This document shows, one piece after another, positions 18,225 through 28,046 of a DNA stretch of 64,000 nucleotides (position 1 is its first letter; every line of letters begins with the position of its first letter). Source of the DNA: Longimicrobiales bacterium (GTDB taxonomy: Bacteria; Gemmatimonadota; Gemmatimonadetes; Longimicrobiales; Gaopeijiaceae); assembly GCA_965204735.1 (NCBI GenBank), contig OZ242008.1, forward strand, positions 1,824,001-1,888,000, written 5' to 3'. The position numbers were made by a program, and so were the translations under genes. The notes below the pieces were generated by a model. That model was not told the DNA's origin. It searched no databases and worked only from the letters and a program-made list of their open reading frames with translations.

Positions 18225-18662
18225 ATGACGAAAGCCGACCTCGTGGAACAAGTTGCGGACGCGATCGGACCTGGCGTCACCAAGCGGGACTGCGCTCTGG
18301 TCGTGGACGGGTTCCTCAACGCCGTGAAGCACGCCCTCGTTCAAGGCGACAGCATCGAGATACGGGGCTTCGGCACGTTCAGCATCCGGCAGCACAAGGC
18401 CCGGACGGCCCGCAACCCCAAGACCGGCGAGCCGGTGCAGGTTCCCGCGCGCTCCGTGCCCGGCTTCAAGCCCTCGAAGATCCTTCGGGACCGGGTCGCG
18501 AACGGTCCGCTCCCGCCCTCGGCGCCGGCGTTCTCCGATCCGGCGTGGTCGTTTCCGTCGCCCGGTCCGTCGCCGGGAAACCACTCGATCGCCGCCTCCG
18601 ACTCCCGGTCGGACTCGTCCTCCTGGCCGCCCGGCGCCTTCGCCGGCGAGTCCCCCGTCTAG
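18225..18662 (+). CDS. HU/IHF family DNA-binding protein with about 50-aa Pro/Ser tail
   Basis: MTKADLV, IRGFGTF, ARNPKTGE, FKPSK. Confidence 0.93.
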   Translation: MTKADLVEQVADAIGPGVTKRDCALVVDGFLNAVKHALVQGDSIEIRGFGTFSIRQHKARTARNPKTGEPVQVPARSVPGFKPSKILRDRVANGPLPPSAPAFSDPAWSFPSPGPSPGNHSIAASDSRSDSSSWPPGAFAGESPV

Positions 18663-18694
18663 CTCCGCTGGACGACGGCTCGCAGGGGAACGAA

Positions 18695-18940
18695 GTGAAT
18701 GTCACCGTGCTCTTCTTCGCGGCCCACCGGGAGCTGGCGGGGGCGCGGGACGCCGTGGTCTCGTTGCCGGAGCGCTCCACGGTGGATGCGCTGCTGGCCG
18801 CGTTGCGGGAGCGCGGAGGAGGCTTGGCTCGGCTGCCGAGCCAAGTGGCGGTGGCCGTGAACCGGAAGTACGCAGACGGAACGACCGAGTTGGCCGAGGG
18901 CGACGAGGTGGCGTTGATCCCGCCCGTCGCCGGGGGATGA
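18695..18940 (+). CDS. moaD: Molybdopterin synthase sulfur carrier subunit
   Basis: VLFFA..RELAG, VAVN, GDEVALIPPVAGG (C-terminal GG). Confidence 0.93.
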   Translation: MNVTVLFFAAHRELAGARDAVVSLPERSTVDALLAALRERGGGLARLPSQVAVAVNRKYADGTTELAEGDEVALIPPVAGG

Positions 18941-19395
18941 GCCGCACAGCAATGCCTTGGAGCCAGATCACCACGGACCCCATCGACCCGTCGGCGGCGC
19001 TGGCCCAGGTCGGCGGCGCCGAGGACGGCGCGACCGTGCTCTTCCTGGGCGTCGTGCGGAACGCCAACGAGGGGCGTCCGGTCTCGGGAGTGGAGTACGA
19101 GGGGTACGCCGAGATGGCTGGCGAGGAGCTTGCGGCGATCGTGGGAGAGGCGGCCGGGCGGGCGGGAAGCGTTCGCGTCGGGGCGGTGCATCGGCTGGGG
19201 GACCTGAAGGTGGGCGAGGTCAGCGTTGCCGTCGCCGTGTCGACGCCCCACCGCGCCGAGGCGTTCGAAGCCGCGCGCTACGTGATGGAAGAGGTCAAGA
19301 AGCGCCTTCCGGTGTGGAAGCGGGAGCGCTACGTGGACGGGGCGTCCGAATGGCTGGAAGGGCGGGTCCCGGCAGCCGCCGGAGGCGCGGAGTGA
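18937..19395 (+). CDS. moaE: Molybdopterin synthase catalytic subunit
   Basis: FLGVVRN, YEGY, HRLG, HRAEAF, PVWKRE. Confidence 0.94.
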   Translation: MSRTAMPWSQITTDPIDPSAALAQVGGAEDGATVLFLGVVRNANEGRPVSGVEYEGYAEMAGEELAAIVGEAAGRAGSVRVGAVHRLGDLKVGEVSVAVAVSTPHRAEAFEAARYVMEEVKKRLPVWKRERYVDGASEWLEGRVPAAAGGAE

Positions 19396-20468
19396 GTTGG
19401 CGGCCTTCCGGGGCGCCCCGGACCCCGCTCGGCCGCCGCTCCGCCGCGGCCGATCCCTCCGAAGCCGGCGGCCGCTCCGCCCCTGCCATGGTGGACGGCT
19501 TCGGCCGCCGCATCGAGTACCTCCGCATATCCGTCACCGACAAGTGCAACCTGCGGTGCGTGTACTGCATGCCCGAAGAGGGACTGCCGTGGCTGCGCCG
19601 CGACGACATCCTGACCTACGAAGAGATCGCCGAGATCGTGGCCGTCATGGCCGGGATGGGCCTTCGGCGCCTGCGCCTGACCGGCGGCGAGCCCCTGGTG
19701 CGCAAGGACTTGGCTCGCCTCGTGGCCCAGCTCGCGGCGATCCCGGGGATCGAGGACGTCGCCCTCTCGACCAACGCCGTGCTGCTCGCCCAGCAGGCCC
19801 GAGCGCTGCGCGACGCCGGCGTCTCGCGCGTGAACATCTCGCTGGACTCGCTGCGTCCCGAGCGCGCCGACGCGATCGCCCGCCGGCCCGGCGCCCTGGC
19901 CAAGGTCCTGGAGGGCCTGGACGCCGCCTACGCCGTCGGCTTCGACCCGATCAAGATCAACGTCGTCCTGATGCGCGGCCAGAACGACGACGAGGTGCCC
20001 GCCTTCGCCCAGCTCTCCCGCGATCGTCCCCTCCACGTGCGCTTCATCGAAGTGATGCCCACCGAGTCCAACTTGGATCTCAGCGCGTCCAACTTCCTCT
20101 CCTGCGACGAGGCCCTGGCGGCCCTCCGGGCGGTCGACGACCTGGCGCCCGTCGGCGGTCCTCCGGGCAACGGCCCCGCCACGTACTACGCCTACCCCGG
20201 CGCACGCGGCACCATCGGCGTCATCACGCCCATGAGCCACAACTTCTGCAGCCGCTGCAACCGGATGCGCCTCACGGCCGACGGCCAGCTTCGCCCCTGC
20301 CTCTTCGGCGAGATGCAGACGCCCTTGCGCGACGCCCTGCGACGGGGCGAGGATCTGGCGCCGCTCGTCGCCGAGACCCTCCGAATCAAGCCGGAGAAGC
20401 ATCTCCTGGTGCAGGGATCCGCGACGGGGTCCGGGGGCTTGGTGGCGCTCTCCCAGACGGGGGGGTAG
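19392..20468 (+). CDS. moaA: GTP 3',8-cyclase (radical SAM); alternative start at 19488
   Basis: YLRISVTDKCNLRCVYCMP, LTGGEP, FCSRCNRMRLTADG..PCL, C-terminal GG. Confidence 0.95.
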   Translation: MSWRPSGAPRTPLGRRSAAADPSEAGGRSAPAMVDGFGRRIEYLRISVTDKCNLRCVYCMPEEGLPWLRRDDILTYEEIAEIVAVMAGMGLRRLRLTGGEPLVRKDLARLVAQLAAIPGIEDVALSTNAVLLAQQARALRDAGVSRVNISLDSLRPERADAIARRPGALAKVLEGLDAAYAVGFDPIKINVVLMRGQNDDEVPAFAQLSRDRPLHVRFIEVMPTESNLDLSASNFLSCDEALAALRAVDDLAPVGGPPGNGPATYYAYPGARGTIGVITPMSHNFCSRCNRMRLTADGQLRPCLFGEMQTPLRDALRRGEDLAPLVAETLRIKPEKHLLVQGSATGSGGLVALSQTGG

Positions 20469-20588
20469 CTTCCAAGCCCTTGTCCGCGTGCGCGTGCACG
20501 ATGCGGTCCTCCTTCGAGTGAGCGCGGCTGCATCTTGCTTCCGCACGCGTGCGTGCACGCTCCGGTCACCACCAAGCTCGGGGAAGAG

Positions 20589-21527
20589 ATGTCAGCCAGG
20601 AAGATCACCGTCGTCGGCGCAGGTCACGTAGGCGAGGTCTGCGCCCAGCGCGTTGCCGAGAAGGAGCTCTGCCAAGAAGTCGTCCTCGTCGACATCGTGG
20701 ACGGAGTTCCCCAAGGGAAGGGCCTCGACCAGTGGCAGAGCGCCCCGGTGGAGGGGTTCGACACCCGGGTCGTGGGCTGTTGCGACTATGGGCCGGCGGA
20801 AGGCTCGGACCTCGTCGTCGTGACCGCGGGGATCGCGCGCAAGCCGGGGATGAGCCGCGACGACCTGCTGCGCACCAACGCCGGGATCGTGCATTCCGTG
20901 GGACGCGAGATCGCCCGGGTCGCACCCGACGCCGTCGTGATCGTGGTGTCGAACCCCCTGGACGTGATGGCGTACGTCATGAAGGAAGCGACCGGCTTCC
21001 CCCGCCAGCGGGTGGTCGGCATGGCGGGAGTGCTCGACACGGCCCGCTTCCGAGCCTTCATCGCCATGGAGCTGGACGTGAGCGTGCAGGACATCCAGGC
21101 CCTCGTGCTCGGCGGCCACGGCGACACGATGGTGCCGCTGGCCTCCTACGCCTCCGTGAGCGGGATCCCCCTGACCCAGCTCGTGGCGCCGGACAGGCTC
21201 GAGGCGCTGATCGACCGGACGCGGAACGGCGGCGCCGAGATCGTCGGCCACTTGAAGACGGGGAGCGCCTACTACGCCCCGTCGGCCGCCGCGGTCCAGA
21301 TGGCCGAAGCCGTGGTCAAGAACCAGCGCCGCATCCTGCCCGCCGCCGCCTACCTGGACGGCGAGTACGGCGAGCGCGGCATCTACCTGGGCGTGCCCTG
21401 CAAGCTGGGCGAGGGCGGATTGGTGGAGATCGTCGAGGTGGAGCTGACGGGCGCCGAGAAGGCCGCGCTGGCCAAGAGCGCCGCCCACGTGCGCGCCACG
21501 ATGACGGGGTTGGACGGGGGGCGGTGA
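20589..21527 (+). CDS. mdh: Malate dehydrogenase (LDH-like)
   Basis: VGAGHVG, RKPGMSRDDL, VSNPLD, LDTARF, GGHGD, TGSAYYAP. Confidence 0.96.
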   Translation: MSARKITVVGAGHVGEVCAQRVAEKELCQEVVLVDIVDGVPQGKGLDQWQSAPVEGFDTRVVGCCDYGPAEGSDLVVVTAGIARKPGMSRDDLLRTNAGIVHSVGREIARVAPDAVVIVVSNPLDVMAYVMKEATGFPRQRVVGMAGVLDTARFRAFIAMELDVSVQDIQALVLGGHGDTMVPLASYASVSGIPLTQLVAPDRLEALIDRTRNGGAEIVGHLKTGSAYYAPSAAAVQMAEAVVKNQRRILPAAAYLDGEYGERGIYLGVPCKLGEGGLVEIVEVELTGAEKAALAKSAAHVRATMTGLDGGR

Positions 21528-21552
21528 CGAGTTCGCGCGGGATCGTTTAAGG

Positions 21553-22473
21553 TCAGGGCGACCGGAAGCGCTCCGGGTCCACCTCCGGGTTGAGCACGAA
21601 CTCGGTCGTCTCCAGCACCTTCCACACGGCGCCGTCTGCGTTCACGTGCACGCGACGGCCCGCGAAGACGTAGCCGTCCACCTCTCGGACGTCTTCCCAG
21701 TACGTGCGGCTGACGTTGGTGCGGCCCTCTTCTCGGTAGGCGATCGACACGGGCGTCGCGCGCCCCTCCTCGAAGGCGTAGAACCACGTGTCGTCGTGGT
21801 CGCCCACGCCCTCGCCGAAGGTGACCCGCACCTGCTGGCGGCCCTCGTCGTCGGCGCCGTCGTGATGCAGGAAAACGCCCGGGTCCTTGAGCTTGAACGG
21901 CAGGCCGATCCAGTAGAACACGTCGCTGGCCACATACCGGGCCTCGTCCCAGTCCTTGTCCCCGGCCGAGAGGGTCTCGCCGTTCATCGACGCCCACTCG
22001 ACCCGGCCGTCGAAGCCGTGCTGGATGAAGTCGTTCCCTTCCCAGCGCTCGATCCGCGCCGCCTCTCCCGTGTCGAGCCGGGCGATCTCGACGTAGCGCG
22101 GGCGCGCGCGCCGGAGCCGACCGCTCGCCGGGTCGTAGAGCTTGGTGGTCAGCGTGTACGCCGCGCTCTGGAGCTTCCAGTAGGTCTCCATGCCGCCCAG
22201 CGCCTCGATCCAGCCGTCCACCAGAGCGACGGCGGCCGGGTCGGAGCCGCCCTGGCTCGCGGCGGATGCGGCGGCGCCGTCAGGACCGTCCCGGGTCTGC
22301 GATCCGCTTGCGACTGCTCCCACGGCGACCGCCGCCGTCGTCGCGGCCACTGCCGTCGCTGCTGCCGCGGCCGCCAACCGCGCCGCCGCCGCTGTCGTCG
22401 CGGCCACTGCCGTCGCTGTTGCCGCGGCCGCCAACCGCGCCGCCGGCTTCGTCGTCTCCGTCTCGTTGCTCAT
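21553..22473 (-). CDS. Hypothetical exported protein with duplicated Ala/Thr-rich N-terminus
   Basis: Well-formed 306-aa ORF (IEALGG...YWIGLPFKLKDPG..VTFGEGVGD); family not confidently identified. Confidence 0.7.
   Translation of the reverse strand: MSNETETTKPAARLAAAATATAVAATTAAAARLAAAAAATAVAATTAAVAVGAVASGSQTRDGPDGAAASAASQGGSDPAAVALVDGWIEALGGMETYWKLQSAAYTLTTKLYDPASGRLRRARPRYVEIARLDTGEAARIERWEGNDFIQHGFDGRVEWASMNGETLSAGDKDWDEARYVASDVFYWIGLPFKLKDPGVFLHHDGADDEGRQQVRVTFGEGVGDHDDTWFYAFEEGRATPVSIAYREEGRTNVSRTYWEDVREVDGYVFAGRRVHVNADGAVWKVLETTEFVLNPEVDPERFRSP
22331..22444 (-). repeat. 2 x 57-nt in-frame tandem duplication (AARLAAAAxATAVAATTAA)
   Basis: gtcgtcgcggccactgccgtcgctg recurs at 22337 and 22394. 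Confidence 0.88.
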
Positions 22474-22536
22474 CGCACGTCTCCTTGCCGTAGATTGCTA
22501 CCGATTCTCGGCCTTCCGCACACGCCGGACAAGCCC

Positions 22537-23100
22537 ATGGACCGCAACCCCCCGGAAGTGGAGCCCGCCAAGCCGAAGGCAGCCCGGGCGGCCGCCCTGC
22601 TCGCCACGACGTGCTTCGCGCTCTGGGCGTGCGGCGGAGACGGCCCCGCTCGGCCCGAGCCCCCCAAGATTGAGGAGCTTGATTTCGCTCCCGAGCTGGG
22701 CGTCGACATCTCGCAGATGACCCTCCTGCCCTCGGGCCTCTACGTCCGCGACCGGGTGGAGGGCGAAGGCGACCCGGTCCGCTCCCAGACGGGCATTCGG
22801 TTCAGCTACGAAGGCTGGCTCCACGACGGAACTCCGGTGGATCGGGGCATCTACCCGGCGAGCGTCTTCTTGCCCGGCGCCTACGTCAGCCTGGTGGACG
22901 GGCAGCACTACTACCTGCTGGGAAGCGGCCAGACCATAGCCGCCTGGGACTTGGGCCTCGACGGGATGCGCGTCGGCGGCGTTCGGCAGGTGGTGGCGCC
23001 TCCGGTGCTGGGCTACGGAGGCGTGGGCTCTCCCGACGGTCGCGTCCCGCCGAACGCCGTCCTCGTCTACGACTTCGAACTGCTGGCCGTCGAACCGTGA
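22537..23100 (+). CDS. FKBP-type peptidyl-prolyl isomerase, lipoprotein
   Basis: LWAC lipobox; SGLYVRD..GEG, YEGWL.DG, IAAWDLGLDGMRVGG.R..PP.LGYG, PPNAVLVYDFELL. Confidence 0.88.
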   Translation: MDRNPPEVEPAKPKAARAAALLATTCFALWACGGDGPARPEPPKIEELDFAPELGVDISQMTLLPSGLYVRDRVEGEGDPVRSQTGIRFSYEGWLHDGTPVDRGIYPASVFLPGAYVSLVDGQHYYLLGSGQTIAAWDLGLDGMRVGGVRQVVAPPVLGYGGVGSPDGRVPPNAVLVYDFELLAVEP

Positions 23101-23236
23101 CCCGCCGGCGCAGCCGGCCGTCGTCGCCGTGGGCCCCGATCGCCTGCCGCCGCGACCGCACCACCGCGGCGACCCGCGGGCGGAGTCCGCCGTCGTTCGT
23201 GCAACCGTCCGCCCGCAGCCCTCGGCCCGCCGCCGG

Positions 23237-25426
23237 TCACCTGCTCTCTTCGATCGTCCGCTCCACGGCGCGCATCCGGGCCGCCAGCTCGCGCACCGCG
23301 TTCACGTACACCCGCTCCCACCCGGGGAGCGCGGCTCGGTTGTCGGTCTCGATCTCGTAGCGCAGTCCCGGGAGCATCCACGACGCGTAGCCGGAGAACG
23401 GGTCGGGAGACACGTAGAGCGAGCGGCTCCACGGTCGGCCCTGCAGTCCCCGGTCGTTCAGCCAAGCCTTCTCCAGCCCGATCAGCCCCCGGTTGACCCG
23501 CTCGGCCGCCGCGGCGCTCACCTCGTCCGAGGCGGTCCAGCGGTCCCGCGCCGCGGCCAAGTCGCCGGCCGCGTCCTCCAAGTCGTCCACGGCCGCCGCC
23601 AGCCTGGGGAAGGCCACGTCGAGTCCCCGCGCGTCCGCGGCCTCGAGCAGGCCCGCCAAGTGCGTCCGCGCGTCGGCCGCGTAGCGCTCCACGTCGTAGG
23701 GCAGGACGTCGGCGTTGGCGAAGCGCAGGGCCAGCACTCCGTCGGCTCGGGCCACCATCGGCCCGAAGACGAAGTCCACGTCCCCGAAGCGCTCGTACCA
23801 GGCGAAGTTGTCGTAGTTGGAGTGGTAGACGCCCCCCGGACCGCCGCTGGAGAGCGCCCCCGAAGGCACCCCCGCATGGGTGTAGAACGCCACGTGGTCG
23901 CTTCCGCCGCCCAAGTTGCCCAGCGAAGGCTCGTCGGCGTCGCTCCCGGCCCGCTCCATCCACCGCTCGTGCACGCTTCCGCCGCTGCCCGGGTACGCGA
24001 CGGCCTTGGTGGCTTCCACGATCTGGGCCTTCAGCGACGGCGAGGCCGAGGCGCCGAAGTTGCCCCCCGACACCGCGCCGTCGGCGTTGATGTACGCGAT
24101 GGCGTTGGCCTCCAGCTCCTCGCGGAACTCCTCGACCCACTCGGTCGAGCCGATGATCCCCGCCTCTTCGGCGTCCCAGTGCGCGATCATGATCGAGCGC
24201 CGGGGACGGCAACCCGCGTCCGCAAGCTCGCCCAGCGCCTCGGCCAGCGTCAGCAGCATGGCGGTTCCGCCGTTGGGATCGATGGCGCCGAAGCCCCACG
24301 GGTCGTAGTGGGCGCCCAGGACGAACCACTCGTTCGGGAACTCGGCGCCCCGGAGCGTCCCCACGACGTTGACCGCCCGGGTCAGCGCCTTGGGCTGGTC
24401 GACCCGCACCCGCACCGTGAGCCTGCTCCCGCCCTCGATCCGGTAGGTCACGCCTTCGATGCCGCCCTGCCACGCTTCCGGGGCCTCGCGCCCCTCCATG
24501 CGGGTCAGGATCTCCGACGCCGGGCCGTAGCCCAGGGGCAGCACGGGAATGGTGTGGAAGGGGACTTCGGACGGGTCCAGGCGGTCGACTTGCCGCTCGC
24601 CGTCCAGGGGCAGGGCGGGCTCGAAGGGGGTCAGCGGATCGCCGGTCCACGGCAACGTCAGCACCGATCCGCGCTGGATCGTCTGGCTGCTCATCATGGG
24701 GCCTTCGGGGTAGGGCAGCAGCGCGTCGGGGCGTCGAGGCCCGGGGTCGTTGAACATGACGACGCCGGCGGCGCCCCGTTCCTCGGCGAACTTCACCTTG
24801 TAGCCGCGGAAGTTTCCCCCGTAGCGGGCCACGACCACCTTGCCCGCCACGGACACGCCCATCGAGTCCAGCGCCAGGTAGTCCTCTCGCCGCCCGAAGT
24901 TGGCGTACACGACCTCCGCCGTGACGTCGCCGCTTCCCGAGAAGGCGTTCCATCCGTTCAGCAGCTCCGGGTGGCCCGAGAAGCGGTCCTCGTCCAGAGC
25001 GGGCTCGCGGTTGGAGAGCCGCATGGCGACGGGCGTCACGACGTGGACCTCGACGTCGTCGGTGAGCAGCGGCAGGTACACGTCGTAGGCGTGCGAGACC
25101 ACCTCCAGCCCCGCCGCCTCCATGGCCCGGGCCAAGTACTCGCCCACCTGTCGCTGGGCCTCGGAACCTGCCGGGTGCGGGCGTTCGGTGATCGTCCGCA
25201 AGTGCTCCCGGAAGGAGTCGCTGCGGGGCAGGGGAAGGAAGCGCCGCTCGCACGCGGCCTGCTCGGCGGCGCGGGTCCCGGTGAACCCGGTCAGCGCGGC
25301 GGCGGGTTGCCCGACGCTCGTCTCCTGGGACGGGGCCGGGGCGGGCCAGGCCATGGCCAGGGCGGCCAGGGAAGCGGCGGGTGCGGCGCGCTTCAGGGCG
25401 CGGCCGCCGAGGGAGCGCACCGCCAC
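23237..25426 (-). CDS. M28 family peptidase (glutamate carboxypeptidase II-like: PA, M28, TfR-dimerisation domains)
   Basis: YANFGRREDY, RYGGNFRG, GAHYDPW..GAIDPNGG, WDAEE, GGSDH, YHSNYD. Confidence 0.92.
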   Translation of the reverse strand: MAVRSLGGRALKRAAPAASLAALAMAWPAPAPSQETSVGQPAAALTGFTGTRAAEQAACERRFLPLPRSDSFREHLRTITERPHPAGSEAQRQVGEYLARAMEAAGLEVVSHAYDVYLPLLTDDVEVHVVTPVAMRLSNREPALDEDRFSGHPELLNGWNAFSGSGDVTAEVVYANFGRREDYLALDSMGVSVAGKVVVARYGGNFRGYKVKFAEERGAAGVVMFNDPGPRRPDALLPYPEGPMMSSQTIQRGSVLTLPWTGDPLTPFEPALPLDGERQVDRLDPSEVPFHTIPVLPLGYGPASEILTRMEGREAPEAWQGGIEGVTYRIEGGSRLTVRVRVDQPKALTRAVNVVGTLRGAEFPNEWFVLGAHYDPWGFGAIDPNGGTAMLLTLAEALGELADAGCRPRRSIMIAHWDAEEAGIIGSTEWVEEFREELEANAIAYINADGAVSGGNFGASASPSLKAQIVEATKAVAYPGSGGSVHERWMERAGSDADEPSLGNLGGGSDHVAFYTHAGVPSGALSSGGPGGVYHSNYDNFAWYERFGDVDFVFGPMVARADGVLALRFANADVLPYDVERYAADARTHLAGLLEAADARGLDVAFPRLAAAVDDLEDAAGDLAAARDRWTASDEVSAAAAERVNRGLIGLEKAWLNDRGLQGRPWSRSLYVSPDPFSGYASWMLPGLRYEIETDNRAALPGWERVYVNAVRELAARMRAVERTIEESR

Positions 25427-25430
25427 GCCT

Positions 25431-25985
25431 CTACAGCTTCGGCAGGGTGACGCCCGCCTGGCCCTGGTACTTTCCCTTCCGGTCGGCGTAGGCCACCTCG
25501 GGCGCTTCGTCGCCTTGGAGGAAGACCAGCTGGGCGATTCCTTCGCCGCCGTAGATGCGCGCCGGCAGCGGCGTCGTGTTGGATATCTCAAGGGTCAGGT
25601 AGCCTTCCCACGTGGGCTCGAGAGGCGTGACGTTCACGATGATCCCGCACCGGGCGTAGGTGCTCTTGCCCACGCAGAGCACCAGCACGTCCCGGGGGAT
25701 GCGGAAGCGCTCCACGGTCCGGGCGAGCGCGAAGGAGTTGGGCGGGATGATGCACTCCGGCTCCGCCACGTCCACGAACGACCGCTCGTCGAACGACTTG
25801 GGGTCCACGACCAAGTTGTGGACGTTGGTGAAGACCTTGAACTCGGGCGCGACCCGGATGTCGTACCCGAACGACGAGAGTCCGTAGGAGATGCTTCCGT
25901 CCCGGACCTGGCTCGTCGCGAAGGGCTCGATCATCCGGCGTTCCTGGGCCATGCGGCGGATCCAGCGGTCGCTCTTGACGGGCAT
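25431..25985 (-). CDS. dcd: dCTP deaminase
   Basis: [45 protein letters not shown]. Confidence 0.96.
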   Translation of the reverse strand: MPVKSDRWIRRMAQERRMIEPFATSQVRDGSISYGLSSFGYDIRVAPEFKVFTNVHNLVVDPKSFDERSFVDVAEPECIIPPNSFALARTVERFRIPRDVLVLCVGKSTYARCGIIVNVTPLEPTWEGYLTLEISNTTPLPARIYGGEGIAQLVFLQGDEAPEVAYADRKGKYQGQAGVTLPKL

Positions 25986-26145
25986 GCGCAGTGCGGGGAG
26001 GGGTTTCGAGGAGCAGGGCGTCGACCAGGCGTGAGCGGACGGCTTCCGAGGGGGAGCGGCACTTCCTTGCGACGCCAAGTTAGCCCGGCGCGCGAGACTC
26101 CGCCAAGCGGGTGCCGGCCGCCGACCAGCCCCTTTGCGCGAGGGC

Positions 26146-26174
26146 TTGAATCGTTCCGCGCTCCTGGGTATCTT
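26146..26174 (+). promoter_or_regulatory. Putative sigma-70 promoter of the nuo operon
   Basis: TTGAAT-N17-TATCTT upstream of nuoA. Confidence 0.55.
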
Positions 26175-26240
26175 GGGCCGTCCGCGTTCGTGAACGCTTC
26201 ACATGCCTCGCAAGTCCTTTGGGAGCCGCCCGGACGGTCG

Positions 26241-26597
26241 ATGACCCGGTCCTACGCCCCCATCCTCGTCATTCTCGGCGTCTCGGTCCTCAACACGATC
26301 GGGATGGTGATCGCCTCCCACGTCCTGAACCCCCGACGCCCGACGCCCCAGAAGTCCATGCCCTACGAGTCGGGCATGATCCCGCTGGGGGACACCCGGG
26401 CGCGGTTCTCGGTCAAGTTCTACATGGTCGCGATCAGCTTCATCGTCTTCGACCTGGAGACGATCTTCCTGGTTCCCTGGGCCGTGCGGATGCGGGAGCT
26501 TGGCTGGGGGCCCTTCGTGGCGGTGGTCGTCTTCGTCTTGGTGCTGGCCGTGGGGCTGGTCTACGAGTGGAAGAAAGGCGGATTGGAATGGGAGTGA
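26241..26597 (+). CDS. nuoA: NADH-quinone oxidoreductase subunit A
   Basis: [29 protein letters not shown]. Confidence 0.96.
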   Translation: MTRSYAPILVILGVSVLNTIGMVIASHVLNPRRPTPQKSMPYESGMIPLGDTRARFSVKFYMVAISFIVFDLETIFLVPWAVRMRELGWGPFVAVVVFVLVLAVGLVYEWKKGGLEWE

Positions 26598-27241
26598 AGC
26601 AGCCGGCCCTCTTCGGCTCCGGGTCGCCCACCTTCCTCACCACGAAGCTGGACTTCGTGGTCAACTGGGCGCGACGCCACTCGCTCTGGCCGATGCCCTT
26701 CGGGACCGCCTGCTGCGCCATCGAGATGATGGCCTCGGCGGCGAGCAACTACGACCTGGCCCGCTTCGGCATGGAGCGCATGTCCTTCAGCCCCCGCCAG
26801 GCCGACGTGCTCATCTGCGCGGGCCGCGTGCCCTACAAGCTCGCGCCGGTCCTGCGGCGCATATGGGACCAGATGATGCAGCCCAAGTGGTGCATATCGA
26901 TGGGGGCGTGCGCGTCGTCGGGAGGCGTCTTCGACGTCTACTCGATGGTGCAAGGGATCGACACCATCGTGCCGGTGGACGTGTACATCCCCGGCTGCCC
27001 GCCTCGCCCGGAAGGCCTGATCTACGGCCTGATGATGGTCCAGGAGAAGATTCGGGGCGAGACCCTGGCGCGCCACGCCGAGCTGCGGGCGGAGGACCCC
27101 GAAGCCACGGGCCGCCCCCGGGCCGAAGGGCAGGACGTGGCCGACCTGACGGGGCCGTTCGGCAACTCCACCCACCAGAACCAGGTTGCCGGAGCGGTGG
27201 AGACCAGCGCGGTGGGCCGTGCCGCGGACCGCCTCCCGTAG
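26588..27241 (+). CDS. nuoB: NADH-quinone oxidoreductase subunit B
   Basis: [32 protein letters not shown]. Confidence 0.96.
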   Translation: MGVKQPALFGSGSPTFLTTKLDFVVNWARRHSLWPMPFGTACCAIEMMASAASNYDLARFGMERMSFSPRQADVLICAGRVPYKLAPVLRRIWDQMMQPKWCISMGACASSGGVFDVYSMVQGIDTIVPVDVYIPGCPPRPEGLIYGLMMVQEKIRGETLARHAELRAEDPEATGRPRAEGQDVADLTGPFGNSTHQNQVAGAVETSAVGRAADRLP

Positions 27242-27245
27242 CGCC

Positions 27246-28046
27246 ATGGGAGAATCGGCGCCCGCGAACGGCCAGCTCCCGCCCGCCGGAGGCGACGTGG
27301 CGCTCGACGCCCGGCCGGCCGACCCCTTCGACGTGGTGGCCGAGGGTCCCGCGCCTGCCGAAGCCGCCGTCGCGAGCGCCGTCGCGACGGAGAGCCTGCG
27401 GCCCCTCAACGACTCGGTGGACGCCTTGCGCGAACGCTTCGCCGACGCGGTGCTCCGGAGCGAGGTGTGCGCCGGCGACCAGGACGTGGTCTACGTGGAC
27501 CCGGGCCGGATCGTCGAGGTCCTGGCGTGGCTCCACGGCGACCCGCAGCAGCGATACGACCACTTGGCCGACGTGACCGCGGTGGACCACGGAGGCGGCC
27601 GTCCGCTGGAAGTCGTCTACCAGCTGTGGTCGATCCCGAACCGGAAAGCGCTCCGCATCAAGTGCGAGCTCCCTCTGGACGCTCTGGAGATCGGCAGCGC
27701 CACCGCCGTCTGGAGCGGAGCCGACTGGCTGGAGCGGGAAGTCTTCGACCTCTTCGGCATCCGCTTCAGCGGCCACCCGGACCTCCGCCGCATCCTCATG
27801 CCCGAGAACTACGCCGAGGGCCATCCGCTCCGAAAGGACTTTCCCCTGCGGGGACGGTTCTCCCGGGCCGAGCAGACTCGCCGGGCCCTGACGCAGGACC
27901 CGGAGGACTACTACGCTCCCGGAGAGATCGCCGAGCGCGTCCCGCAGCTGGCCGCTCCCGGCGTTCCGTCCGACTCTCCCGCCTCGGGCGCCGACGCGTC
28001 GACGCCGAGCGCCCTGCCCGGAACCGACGACCCGGGCGCCCGCTGA
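27246..28046 (+). CDS. nuoC: NADH-quinone oxidoreductase subunit C
   Basis: DVTAVD, EREVFDLFGI.F.GHPDLRRIL, GHPLRKDFPL. Confidence 0.95.
   Translation: MGESAPANGQLPPAGGDVALDARPADPFDVVAEGPAPAEAAVASAVATESLRPLNDSVDALRERFADAVLRSEVCAGDQDVVYVDPGRIVEVLAWLHGDPQQRYDHLADVTAVDHGGGRPLEVVYQLWSIPNRKALRIKCELPLDALEIGSATAVWSGADWLEREVFDLFGIRFSGHPDLRRILMPENYAEGHPLRKDFPLRGRFSRAEQTRRALTQDPEDYYAPGEIAERVPQLAAPGVPSDSPASGADASTPSALPGTDDPGAR

Noticed and set aside
19392..20468. Radical SAM enzyme as maturase for the Cys peptides
   Set aside because: It is a canonical MoaA in a moaD-moaE-moaA operon about 26 kb away.
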